A stretch of 64,000 bases of DNA from Eledone cirrhosa (GCA_964016885.1 OZ024742.1:178312001-178376000); one strand, 5' to 3'. Numbered from the stretch's first letter, positions 1 through 13,154 are shown. A program made the numbers and translations. The notes: a model not told the origin generated them from the sequence alone.

Positions 1-95
1 GAAATGACTTCCACAGGACTAGAAACAGTTCTAGTCCTGTAGAAACCATTTCTATATTAAATTTTGTATATACTCTATTAATGTATTGAGTAAAT

Positions 96-160
<65 letters not shown>

Positions 161-521
161 CAATGAAAAACATATGAAGGCCGGATTCTAATAACCTCTT
201 TTGGCATAATACGTATTTCTGATGCCAACCTGTTACGTCTTCAGACCATGGCACAATACAATATCCGACTTCATCAGATGATATGAACATAATAAACAAT
301 TCTTACCGAGATACAGCAAATATAAGAACAAAAACAAAGAATTAATGATACGGGGGCAGCCGAGCTAACGTTGTTATCACTAGAGTAGTTTCCCTCTGTA
401 TTCTTACTGTGATATACAATGCTTTGCATTATATTCTAGTAGGCGTGGTCAAGAAGTGGAATGCCTATTTGACCAGTAACAGTAGTCCTGCTAAAATGTC
501 CCTTTTCATGGGTTAATATAT

Positions 522-705
522 AATTGTTTCTACTTTAGGCACAAGGCCAGCAATTACCCAGTGCATTACTGGTACTTTATTTTATCGACCCCGTAAGGAT
601 GAAAGGCAAAGTCAACCTCGGCGGGATTTGAACTCAGATCGTAAAGGGACGTAACTATGCTGGAAAGCATGGCGTCCGACCCTCTACCAATACTGTCAAT
701 CCACC
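522..705 (-). mobile_element. tRNA-derived SINE family 1 (~185 bp)
   Basis: A-box-like head, B box GAGTTCAAATCCC, core GCCTTTCATCCTTACGGGGTCGATAAAATAAAGTACC and ACAATTA tail. Further copies at 44848-45030(-), 45128-45312(+), 46590-46731(+), 46742-46925(-), 47342-47527(+), 52376-52480(+), 54850-55038(+). Older copies near 2027, 43165, 47550, 48181, 52915. Confidence 0.88.
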
Positions 706-1161
706 AATGCTATCAATTACAGCTTATCGCACACCCACCGCAAAACCTTAGTTTAATATCGGCAATCAAGTTCGGGTGGCGCCAATGGGGCTGTGATAGA
801 CATTTAAGTGGTTGGCCGTAACCAGCCTTTCACAACGGCGAACACATATGAAACAATAAGGCATTAAAGTGATACATTGCTATAGAAAATTGGAAGATAA
901 AAAATATGAAATATCATAATAATAATCATAATAGAGAATAATTATACTGCACGATTCGCATACACACATATACACATGCATGAGTGGTGATGAAAATGTC
1001 TATGACGCACCTTTGTTACACACACACACACATACACACACGCACGCACACACACACACACACCTATATATATGTGTGTGTGTGTGTGTATGTGTATGAA
1101 ATATATCTAAATGCTAGAAATAAACCCCACTGTATCACTTATCTGTGTTAATCCTTTTTTT

Positions 1162-1208
<47 letters not shown>

Positions 1209-3364
1209 TAACACGGGATCGGTTGGTCATCCCTGTATCAAAATTGGTTCTATTTTCTATTCTCTGTTTGTGGTCGCCAAAATCCTGTTTTCTTATATAA
1301 CTAATTCTGCAATCAACTTACCTTTCATCCTTTTACATTCGAAAAAAGATACCAATCCTCTATATCTCTTTTTCGTTGCCTCTCAATCACTCCCTACCCT
1401 TCTATGGAAAAAAATCGGCTGTGTTCAGTCCTGAAGAGAAAATAGACACCACCAGGTTTTAAAATTGCCAAAGAAACTCCGTATTTCAATGCGACACTAC
1501 TACAACTCTACCAGTTACGAATACATACATACAAAGTTTGCGAAAGATAACATTTGGCTGTTATTTCTAACAGAGCAATTCGGGTGACTTGCATAAAAAT
1601 CCTTTTTATTAGCTCGTTACTTCATGTTTATTCCACAGATGGCGTCTCAGAATTACATATATAACTACTAGTTACAATCAACCAGATTTCGAAAAGTAAC
1701 TAATGATTGTTTTGACTTCATAGAAAGCACAAGTAAAAACAAAATACCAAACACTAGAAAATACATCTCAAAAATCTCAAAATTCTTGCAATTGTTAACA
1801 ACTTTATTTTTTTCTGTTAAAATATTAGTTTTCAAAATAAATGTATTTTTGTTTCAAATTTTGATAATACGTTTCAAATTTTCTGCTCTTTGAATATACT
1901 TCTAACGTGTGTTTAAGTGAAATCAAAAATAAACGCGATCTGTTCTGCTCTGTAATAGAGATTATTATGTATGTCGTCATGTTGTCAAAATGGTAGTCAA
2001 ATTAAACTAGAATGCTGCGATATTTCAGGCGGCGAATTGGTATAGTCGTTGAGGCGCCGAATTGAAAATGCTTCGGTATTTTTATGTGCTCTGAGTTCAC
2101 ATCTCGCCGAAGTACACTTTGCCTTTCATACTTTCCATATCGATAAATAAAGTATTACTCCAATACTGGGGTCAAGTCTTCTCTCTTTCTCTCTGGAAGA
2201 AATCGGCTCTACCAAGTTGAAAATGCTTAAGACACGCTATGTGCCATGTCGGCACCCCTGTGACTTCATCAAGAGATAAGGGCGCTTTTGTTAGAGGCTT
2301 CGGAATTTCGAACATATTTTTAACTGTGATAGATTCTCTGTCTGTTTCGATAATGAGCATTTATCTATTCGATCAGCTCGTTGGTGATTGAGTATTCCAC
2401 TGACGTGAGCACCCTTAATTTGGTTTTCAGGAAGAAGAAGCGTTACACAATACGTGGATAGACTTTTGAATTGCAAGTACAGTTCATCCGATGGACGTCT
2501 ACATCCGATGGACGTCCCAATTTCACTCTGACATTTGGTATAACCTAAGACTATGGTAAAACTAACTTTAAATAGTTTAGAAATTTGCTTAACAGTGATG
2601 ATTTATCGGGTTTGATCCCACCGTGGAGGATCTTGGGCAAGTGGTATTGATTGACCAAACCCTCAGGTTGGCAGAAGTTTTGTGAGCGAATTTGGGAAGA
2701 CTGAAACTGTGTGGAAACCCATCACATTGACTGTACCTATTATTCAAAGGATCAGCTTCGCCACACATCATGTCAGGCTGATTCGGTTTTAGAATTACGT
2801 TATGGGTAAGTCACGGGTCGATAAAATAAAGTACCAGTATGGTACTGTGATCGATTTAGTCCACTTTCCCTTCTCTGGGATTGTTGGTCTTGTGCTTTAA
2901 TCAGAAACCATTATTCAGCCCTAAACACATTTTACAGTATAGACAGCCAGTAGTTTTTATTGATTTTCTCACGTTCATCACTGGTTGAAGATAACTATGA
3001 CCAAAGACGTTCTCGCCATGCCCAACCTGTCTTTATGTTTTCAGACTAATATTTCCTTATTTGAGATGGTAAATAGAAGTTATGACGATATACACTAGAT
3101 TTAGGCTACTATTTCTAGCATGTTGAATGACTATATAGAGGCTATGTCAATGACTCGACTGGCCTCCAGTATAAAACGTAGGTGGTACTAGCTTCTATCT
3201 TGCTAATAATAAGTGAAAACTATGCTATCACATTAACTCAAAATAATTAACTAAGACCAGCTTTAGGCAGAAATAACATAAACTAAGACTTTAGCTGCAG
3301 GTGTTGTAACTACCCAAATAATGTGGGGAGATGTTAGAAATATGTGTATATGCGTGTAAATATA

Positions 3365-3474
<110 letters not shown>

Positions 3475-3528
3475 TCTTTGTGCGTGTGTGTATGCGTGAG
3501 GTGGTGAGTGTGCACTGTGTGTCTTTCA

Positions 3529-3594
<66 letters not shown>

Positions 3595-3596
<2 letters not shown>

Positions 3597-3683
3597 TTAG
3601 AACAAATAGGAGAAAAATATGACTCGAAAAGATAGGAAATCAGTAAACCGCACAAAGTAACACAAACAGACAGAGGAATACAA

Positions 3684-3734
<51 letters not shown>

Positions 3735-4012
3735 TGTGTGTGTTGTGTGTATGTCTGTGTGCGTGTGTGTGTGTAAAATGTAAACAGAAATAACAAAACG
3801 ACACAACACAATGAAGAAATATATTAAATTAACGCCTGTATAATTAGAAAACAGTTTTAACATTTCGGACACTAGTCCTTCATCAGAAGATGGAATGAGA
3901 AATAAAAGATGAAATAGAAAGATTGAGAGTAAAAAGAGGATGGAACGGAAACAAAATTGAAAATAAAACACACACGTACGTATTCATTCAGCGGTTTTAG
4001 AGAGATGGATAT
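3595..4012 (-). mobile_element. Penelope-like terminal-repeat fragment with hammerhead motif; related copy at 29870-30150
   Basis: Minus strand TCTT-CTGATGA-AGGACTAGTGTCC-GAAATGTT; diverged homolog near 30015-30050; bounded by microsatellites. Confidence 0.55.
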
Positions 4013-4150
<138 letters not shown>

Positions 4151-4574
4151 GTGCGTGTGTGTGTGTGTGTAGGGAAGAGTTAGATTTCCAACGGCAAACC
4201 CATCCGTATCAACTTGTTTCCACATTTACACACAAGGCAAATGGGATAGAAATATATATTTCCGTGTGATGTTGACGGGTGAGAGAACGAGTACTCAAAT
4301 CCGAAGTAGAGTTTATTATGGCTACGTGATGAGTCTGGCTACTCTGGAGTTTCGCCTATATACTCACAGGATCATAAGACAAGACATGTCTGATGATTCT
4401 GTGTATACACAGGTGTGAGAAGATTTACGCACTTACATACATACACACATACATATATACATACACACACACATACATACATACATACATACATACATAC
4501 ATACATACATACATACATACATACTTACATACATGCATCATACATACATGCATCATACATACATGCATACATAC

Positions 4575-4836
4575 TATCCATTAATGGAACAGTAAAAATA
4601 TGTAAAACATTCCAAAAGATTGGCATCTAATAACTGCATATACATGTACAGATACTAAGCATATACACATGCACACATACAACTCAAAACATACACATCC
4701 ACACATACAATAACATCCATATCTACACATGCATGCAAACATGCATACATATCTACCTAGTTGATGTTGTGTAAATTCCAATGAAAGAGTCTTGTGTCTA
4801 TGTTAGAAACCGACTCTCTGTCTATTAGCAAAAATT
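4575..4836 (+). mobile_element. R4/Dong-like family B, 3' end fragment
   Basis: SINGTVKICKTFQK* plus a 3' UTR nearly identical to 12240-12497. Confidence 0.85.
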
Positions 4837-5439
4837 TGGCTGCCAACTCGTTTTCGAGTACGGCCACTACTTTATATCCATGTAGGAGAACTCCTACCGA
4901 TGCGGTAAACGAGTGTGACTTTTTAGTCCAGCCAACGACTTGAAAACTCTGGTATGAACACTACACTTGACAATTATTGACACATAGTGCTGGGCCCATG
5001 GTACCATGTGACGACAAGTGCAGAGAGATCTCCAGATATAAAACAATGCCTGTGCCGTGAAGCTTTTATAGTGAGCAAAGGCACTGCACAAAGCCAGTCC
5101 CACTCTCTTAACCAAGATGATATTTACCAAAAAGAAGAACAAGTCAACATCATTGGATACCATCAGGGTTGCAGGTGTTATATCAGAGTTTTCCTTCTCC
5201 TAGAATTCTGCCTTGACAAAGGCTAAGGGGTCATCTCTCCCGGTGATTTTGGATGGCCATTGACTCTTAAGAGCTCTTTGCCCTTTGACAGGTTTTGTTT
5301 TTAGTCCTGCAGGATGTCCAAAGTCACCCTCCTCACCAAGAAACCTTGGTGGGGTTGCCAGTTTAGTCGCCAACGACCCGACCATGAGTCAGGTTGTACT
5401 GGGATACATGTTACCAGTACCACCAACTGGTGACCTGAC
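4837..5439 (-). mobile_element. Non-autonomous RTE-like retroelement, family N1 (~600 bp)
   Basis: Minus strand: structured 5' region, remnant C-terminal C2H2 finger (consensus CSVCTRVFKSLAGLKSHTRSAH) and 3' stem-loop. Other copies end in an (ATGT)n tail: 5705-5975, 10032-10213, 16104-16617, 48513-49119. Confidence 0.75.
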
Positions 5440-5704
5440 ATACATACACACATACATACATACATACATACATACATACATACATACATACATACATACA
5501 TACATACATACATACATACATACATGGTGGCTGCCCCCTCGTTATCGAGTATGGCCATTGCACGATAAGAAAAAAAAAATAAAAAATAAAAAAAAAAGAA
5601 AAAAAATAAATAAATAAAATAAAATAAAATAATAATAATAATAATAATAAATAAATTTAAAAAAAAAAAGAAATATATATATATATATATATATTATACA
5701 TACA

Positions 5705-5975
5705 TGGTGGCTGCCAACTCGTTTTCGAGTATAGCCACTACTTTATATCCATGTAGGAGAACTCCTACCGATGCGCTGAACGAGTGTGACTTTTTAGTCC
5801 AGCCAGCGACTTGAAAACTCTGGTACAAACACTACACTTGTGACAATTATTGACACATAGTGCTGGGCCCATGGTACCATGTGACGACAAGTGCAGAGAG
5901 ATCTCCAGATATAAAGCAATGCCTGTGCCGGGAAGCTTTTATAGTGAGCAAAGGCACTGCACAAAGCCAGTCCCA
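5705..5975 (-). mobile_element. Family N1, 5'-truncated copy
   Basis: Near-identical to the 3' half of 4837-5439; flanked by CATA repeats. Confidence 0.8.
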
Positions 5976-6065
5976 TATACATACATGCATACATACATAC
6001 ATACATACATACATACATACATACATACATACATACATACATACATACATACATACATACATACA

Positions 6066-6560
6066 TGATGGCTGCAAACTCTGCTAAGAGTATTGCAATC
6101 GCTTGTCAGATTACAGAAAATGGTGCACTTTTAGGCTACAGCCAGCGACAGGAAACTGTAACATATCCTGAACAAGCAATGCCTGTGCTTTGAAGGTTTC
6201 TTTAAGTGGGGAAAGGCCTTACACTCGACCAATCACACTCTCTGAGCATCGAAAACACTACCCAAAAAGGAGAACTGGTCAACATCATCGGATGCTTCCG
6301 AAGCAGCAGGGGATTTCTTTTCAGAGTTTCCCTCTCTTAGAAAGGTGTTGTGACAACTGGGGGCCATTCACTCCCAGGCAAAAAAAAAAGAAAACTATTT
6401 TGATGGCCTTTGCCGGGTCTTGTATTTCATCCCGCATGGTGTCCAAATATCATCCTCCTCATGAAGCTTACTTGGTGGGGTTGCCGGTTTAGTGAGCCGA
6501 CGACTCGACCATGACACAGGTTGTACTGGGTTATATGTTAGCACTCGAGAGCGACCTGAC
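6066..6560 (-). mobile_element. Non-autonomous RTE-like retroelement, family N2 (diverged relative of N1)
   Basis: Shares the TCAGGTC start, CCCAGTACAACCTG..TCATGGTCG, CTAAAC.GGCAACCCCACCAAG and the GCAGCCA.CATGTATG end with N1; (CATA)n on both sides. Confidence 0.72.
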
Positions 6561-6662
6561 ATACATACATACATACATACATACATACATACATACATAC
6601 ATACATACATACATACATACATACATACATACATACATACATACATACATACATACATACAT

Positions 6663-9600
6663 AAAGAACCCACTAAATTGGAATTGGAAGCGGTGAACGA
6701 AATAGCTGGCAATTATCTGAAGGCTATACGATCTAAAGGTGTAGAAACGACATTTGAAACGCTCAATGTTTTGTTATATGTTTCAGCTGTCACATTGCTA
6801 TCATATAACACACATCTAAAACCACGCAATCAAGATACAAACAGAAAGCCTGAACCAGCGTGGATGCGAAATTTAAAAACCAAAATTTTGTCCCTGAGAC
6901 GAAGTATCTCACACATCGCAGTCGTTATGAAATGCAACATAGAGAGAAACTTCACACGACACCAGGAAGACCTAAAGAAAAAGTTAGAGAGACGATTTGG
7001 AGATACCAAATTTAAAACTTTGAACTCCAAATTACACCAGTTGAAACAACAACTCACAGCTACAACAGAAAGACTAAAATATAAGTCAACAGCCCATAAA
7101 CCACAAGTGCTAAATAGATTGTTTGCCAGAGATCCTAAATCAGTTTATCGCAGCTTCGGTGGCAAAAGCTCAATCCCTGTAAACGACACCCCTTCAAAAG
7201 AACAGGTTGAGAACTACTGGAGATCTGTATGGGAAACGGATGACGGATTCAACAGACAAGCTAATTGGCTAAAACAACTGGAACAGGACTACTGCCAACA
7301 TGTCCAGACAAAACAATATGACATAGATGGGTCAATACTGGAAACAGCTCTACAGAAAATGTCGAATAGGAAATCGCCAGGCCCAGACCTCATTACAGGA
7401 TACTGGTTGAAGAATTTCACTTTCTATCGGCAAGATCTCATACGGCTGTTTACAGAAACCATTAAGGGCACACAAGAACTGCCCAGATGGTTATCAACTG
7501 CCACTACTCTCCTCATTCCCAAAAATAGCCAAACCACCCTTGCTAAAAATTACCGCCCAATTGCCTGCCAAAACATCATGTATAAATTATATACTGGGTG
7601 CCTTAACCTGTTCTTACAGGATCACTGTGCTACCAACAACATCATAACACCTGAGCAAGCTGGTGGAAAGAGGGAGGTGTGGGGTTGCATAGATCACCTA
7701 CTAACTAACAAAATGATTCAGGAAAAAACAACAAAGAATCGCAGAAACATGACTGTCGTGTGGCTGGACTATCAAAAAGCATTTGATAGTGTACCTCATG
7801 GGTGGATTATTAAGGCTTTACAGTTAGCTAAAGTCCCACAACCATTAGTAGCTGCTGTTGAACGCCTGACCAAGAACTGGTACACCAATTTGATCCTTAG
7901 AGGTGAGAAGGAGCAGGTTAAGACTGATAGGATACATTACCAGAAGGGCATCTTTCAGGGTGATAGCTTGTCAGTACTACTCTTCGTTCTCTCACTGAAT
8001 CCACTATCTTACCTACTCAGGAAACAAGGTGGACAAAGAAGTGGGCCCAGAAGTATCTCCCATCTTTTCTTTGTTGATGACCTGAAGTTGTATGGGCCAA
8101 ATATCAATGACATCAAGAAACAATTGGACCTCATTACACAATTTTCAACCGACATCAAAATGAAATTTGGTGAGTCCAAGTGTGCATATTTGGCAGTAAA
8201 ACGTGGAAGAGCTGTGCCCTCCTCTAGAAATCTAGATATGAACGGCCTGACAATACAACCTCTGCAGTCAGGTGACAACTACAGATATCTTGGACAGGAT
8301 GAGAATGTCAGATATGATGGACCCATAAATAAGGAGAGAACCAGAACTGAATACCTCAGAAGAGTAAAAAAAATATGGTCATCAGAACTGTCAGCATACA
8401 ACAAATACATTGCCCACAATACCTATGCTGTGCCAATTCTAACGCCAACATTTGGCCTACTGAACTGGTCATTGCAAGAACTAAGTGAGATGGATGTTAG
8501 AACTCGAAAACTTCTCAGTGTTACTGGGAACTTTAACATCAATGGTGATGTGGATAGGCTATACTTCTCACGCAAGGAAGGTGGCCGGGGTCTAAAATCA
8601 ATATTAACAACATATGAGACCCGGATAGTAACACTGAAGCAACACCTTCAACAGAGGAAAAAGGTTGGCGACCATCTTGCTCAGGTTTATGAGCATGAAA
8701 AAAGAAATATCATTAGAATAGCGACTGATCTGGAGGAGAGATATGGAATAAAGCCTGATATAAATCTCTCACCCAGAGAAATCGGAAGATCCTATTCAAT
8801 GTTCAAACAAGAAAAAAAAATTGACCAATTTACAGAGAAAGTTGTGCATGGATACTTGAGGCGTAAAACACAGACCATAGAGGGGATAAACCACTCAAAA
8901 AGCCTGGCATGGAGTTCCGACAAGTTTATGACATCACACCTTGAGGGATATCTCTATGCAATACAGGAACAAGAACTCCCTACCAAATATCTGCTGCACA
9001 AAAGAGGAGGGCCAGCAGCTGACAATAAATGTAGGCTATGTAAAACAAAGATCGAGGATGTAAGCCACATTGTTGCCAGCTGCGAAAGAATGTCATCTCG
9101 CTACTACCTCCCCATGAGACACGATGGGATAGCTAGAACTATCTGGAACGCACTTCGGAAAACAAAATTAACAACAAACGAGGAAGAATATATTGAGACA
9201 GATGGCACTAAGGAATACTGGTGGAACCTGAAAATAAAAACTGCCACCAAATTAAAGCACAACCGGCCTGATATTGTAGTTTGGGACCACACATTGAAAA
9301 CGTGTTCTGTTGTGGAGATCAGCTGCCCACTTGATGTAAACGTTGTCAGAAAAATACAGGAGAAGGAGGACATCTACGGACCATTGATGAGGAGCTTACA
9401 AATCCAGTATCCAAGATACACCTTTAGCTTCATACCCATCATTATTGGTGCTACGGGTTATATACCAACCCGCTTGGACCAAAGTATGACCGAACTTGGA
9501 TTTGCGGACAAAAAGCGCAGCTCCTAATTCATAGTCTACAAATGGCTGCGATAGCTGGCACCTTCAAAATATGCAAAACATTCTTGCGATTCAAGGGATG

Positions 9601-9682
9601 ACAATTTCTTTTCTTTTACAACCTTGCCACCAGGAAGGTGGCCGGTCAAAAAAATATACTCGAAATTAAGAGAAAGAGAAAA
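6663..9682 (+). mobile_element. R4/Dong-like non-LTR retrotransposon family A, 5'-truncated (RT, CCHC knuckle, restriction-like endonuclease)
   Basis: RT motifs YRPIAC, WLDYQKAFDSVPH, GIFQGDSLS, HLFFVDDLKLY; knuckle CRLC..H..C; RHD; RPDIVVWD..EISCP. Open for about 950 codons, with a 1-nt deletion near 9524. Both ends abut (CATA)n. Confidence 0.92.
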
Positions 9683-9700
9683 CATACATACATACATACA

Positions 9701-9897
9701 AAAAGGCCGTGACGGCGGAACTGCGGAGGATCCCGGAAGAATCCTTCCAGGAGTGCATGCAAGCGTGGCAGAAAAGGATGGAAAAGTGCATTAGACTCCA
9801 TGGGGATTATTTTGAAGGAGAAAACTCTTAGTGTGAAGTTTGGGTTTGTAATAAATCTTTTGTGACATCAGTCCTTGAGCTTTTCTGACACACCTCT
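9701..9897 (+). mobile_element. Mariner right-end fragment
   Basis: Near-identical to 15781-15977. Confidence 0.85.
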
Positions 9898-10259
9898 TAC
9901 CTACATACACACATACATACACACACATACATATATACATACATACGCACGTGCATACATACATACATACATACATACATACATACATACATACATACAT
10001 ACATACATACATACATACATACATACATACATGGTGGCTGCCAACTCGTTTTCGAGTACGGCCACTACTTTATATCCATGTAGGAGAACCCCTACCGATG
10101 CGCTGAACAAGTGTGACTTTTTAGTCCAGCCAGCGACTTGAAAACTCTGGTACAAACACTACACTTGTGACAATTGTTGACACATAGTGCTGGGCCTATG
10201 GTACAATGTGATGACATACATACATACATACATACATACATACATACATACATACATAC

Positions 10260-12520
10260 ATCCTCCAAGATCACTGTGAAAATAATAACATCATCACAGA
10301 TGAACAAGCAGCTGGAAAGAAAGGGGAGCAGCTGGAAAGAAAGGGGATGTGCTGAACAACTCCTAATCAACAAAACTGCGATGTAGGAGGTGCGACAACT
10401 TAGGCTGGACTACAGGAAAGCTTTCGATTCTGTTCCCCACTCTTGGATGATAGAGGCCCTCCAACTTGCTAAAGTCCCAGACATTATTGTCAGAGCCATA
10501 GAGAGGCTGTCTTCTTCTTGGGCTACTACCCTAAGGGAGGACTCTATTTTAGAGGGAGGACTCTATTTTCACTGATAAAATAAAATATTGCAGGGGTATA
10601 TTTCAGGGAGACAGTCTCTCTGTGATATTATTCATCTTGTCATTAAACCCCTTGTCCTTTCTGCTCAAGAAATGTGAGGGATACATCATTGGCTCACAGG
10701 AGGACAGAAATACGAACCTAACCCATAATTTCTTTGTGGACGATCTGAAACTCTATGCCAAGAACATGGATGGGATGAAGAAACATCTTGACCTGGTTAC
10801 AACGTTCTCAAAGGATATAGGAATGGAGTTTGGCCAAGATAAATGCTCATACATGACTGTAAAGCGGGGAAAAATAACAACCCAATCTAGCAACATTGTC
10901 ATCAATGGCCTAACTGCTTCACCGATGTATATCTGATGAGGACTGCTACAGATACCTGGGGATAGATGAGAACATATCCTATAATGGTATCTGTAATAAA
11001 GAACGCGTAACCAGGGAATACTACACCAGATTAAGAAGATCTGGTCATCGGAACTCTCTGCGCAAAACAAAAAGTGGCTCACAATGTGTTTGCTGTGCCT
11101 GTCCTAACACCAATGTTTGGAATACTCAATTGGACGATAGACGAAATCCGAGCAGTTGATGTTGGAACTCGAAAAATAGTGAACAACACCGGAAACTTCC
11201 ACATCAACAGTGACATAGACCGCCTTTACTTGAAACGTAAGCAGGGAGGCAGAGGCCTAACATCAGTCCAGACAACATTCGAATGTCGTATCATATTTCT
11301 CCGACATCTACGAACCTCAAAGCGTAGGAGCCCGTTTCTTGCGCAAGTCTATCTGCATGAAACAGATAAGATCATGAGAGTTGGGAAGGAACTCCTCGAG
11401 AGATATTCCCTGTGTGATAATCAAAAACTCACACCCAGGGATGTCGCTCAGCAGTATCGCAGTGAATCATGGATGAAAAACTGCATGCTTATCAGCAAAA
11501 AATCATGCATGGATATGTTGCCAGGAAGCTCCAGAGTGAGAGTAATATAGATAAGGAAAGTAGTCTATCTTGGACCAACAACCGCTATATTGGCTCCCAC
11601 TTTGAAGGATACGCTTTTTCAATCCAGGAACAGGAGATTAACACGAAATACCTGATTCACAAAAGAGATAGGGATGCAGGCAAAACACCTAGATGTGATA
11701 ACAAGTGAAAACTCTGCAGAACTAACATCGAGGATATCACCCATGTCATCAGCAGCTGTCCAAAGATGTCATCACGGTACTATCTACCTATGAGGCATGA
11801 TGTAGTGACCAAAACACTGTACAATGCAGTTCGTAAAAAAGATAGCCTCGATAATAAACGCATTAAAAGCAATGTGGAAGACATCCATGTACATAATATG
11901 AAAGAGTACTGGTGGAATGTTCCAGTAAAAACCCCAATAAAATGCAGGCATAACAGACCAGATATTATGATATGGGACAGGGAGAAGAAAGCATGCACAG
12001 TAGTGGAAATTAGCTGCCCAGCAGATGCCAATATAATATCAAAGATTAGGAAAAGGAGAATATTTATGCAGAAATAATGAGAAATCTGCAGATACCCCAC
12101 ACTGATTACACCTTCAGATTTATGCCTGTGATTATTGGGGCACTGGGATATGTTAGTAACTACCTCAATACAAATCTTGAGAAGCTAGGCTTCACAGGAA
12201 CAGAAAGAACACAACTAGTTAGGAAATTACAAGTACAATCTATTAATGGAACTGTAAAAATATGTAAAACATTCCAAAAATGTTGCATCTAATAACTGCA
12301 TATACACATGTACAGATGCAAAGCATATACACATGCACACATACAACTCAAAACATACACATCCACACATACAATAACATCCATATCTACACATACATGC
12401 ATACATACATATCTACCTAGTTGATGTTGTGTAAATTACAATGAGAGAGTCTTGTGTCTATGTTAGAAACCGACTCTCTCTCTATTGGCAAAAATTTGTG
12501 AAATTATAAAACCAGAAGAA
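10260..12520 (+). mobile_element. R4/Dong-like family B, 5'-truncated and frameshifted
   Basis: LDYRKAFDSVPHSW, THNFFVDDLKLY, RYYLPMRHD, HNRPDIMIWD, VEISCP across broken frames; ends AAACCAGAAGAA|(CATA)n. Confidence 0.9.
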
Positions 12521-12615
12521 CATACATACATACATACATACATACATACATACATACATACATACATACATACATACATACATACATACATACATACATA
12601 CATACATACATACAT

Positions 12616-13134
12616 ACAAAATTAACAACAAACGAGGAAGAATATATTGAGACAGATGGCACTAAGGAATACTGGTGGAACCTGAAAATAAAAACTGCCA
12701 TCAAATTAAAGCACAACCGGCCTGATATTGTTGTTTGGGACCACACATTGAAAACGTGTTCTGTTGTGGAGATCAGCTACCCACTTGATGTAAACGTTGT
12801 CAGAAAAATACAGGAGAAGGAGGACATCTACGGACCATTGATGAGGAGTTTACAAATCCAGTATCCAAGATACACCTTTAGTTTCATACCCATCATGATT
12901 GGAGCTACGGGTTATATACCAACCCGCTTAGACCAAAGTATGACTGAACTTGGATTTGCGGACAAAAAGCGCAGCTCCCTAATTCATAGTCTACAAATGG
13001 CTGCGATAGCTGGCACCTTCAAAATTTGCAAAACATTCTTGCGATTCAATGGATGACAATTTCTTTTCTTTTACAACCTTGCCACCAGGAAGGTGGCCGG
13101 TCAAAAAAATATACTCGAAATTAAGAGAAAGAGA
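12616..13134 (+). mobile_element. R4/Dong-like family A, short 3' copy
   Basis: Very similar to 9163-9682 and retains the intact C-terminal frame ...KICKTFLRFNG*. Confidence 0.9.
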
Positions 13135-13154
13135 TACATACATGCATGCATGTA

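Noticed and set aside
5341-5440. HDV-like ribozyme at the N1 5' end
   Set aside because: No consistent P1/P1.1/P2/P3 nested pseudoknot could be built by eye, so it is kept only as an unassigned structure.
6492-6662. N-terminus of the 1011-aa ORF
   Set aside because: It comes from antisense N2 sequence and (CATA)n read as IHTY repeats. The real element starts near 6663 and is 5'-truncated.
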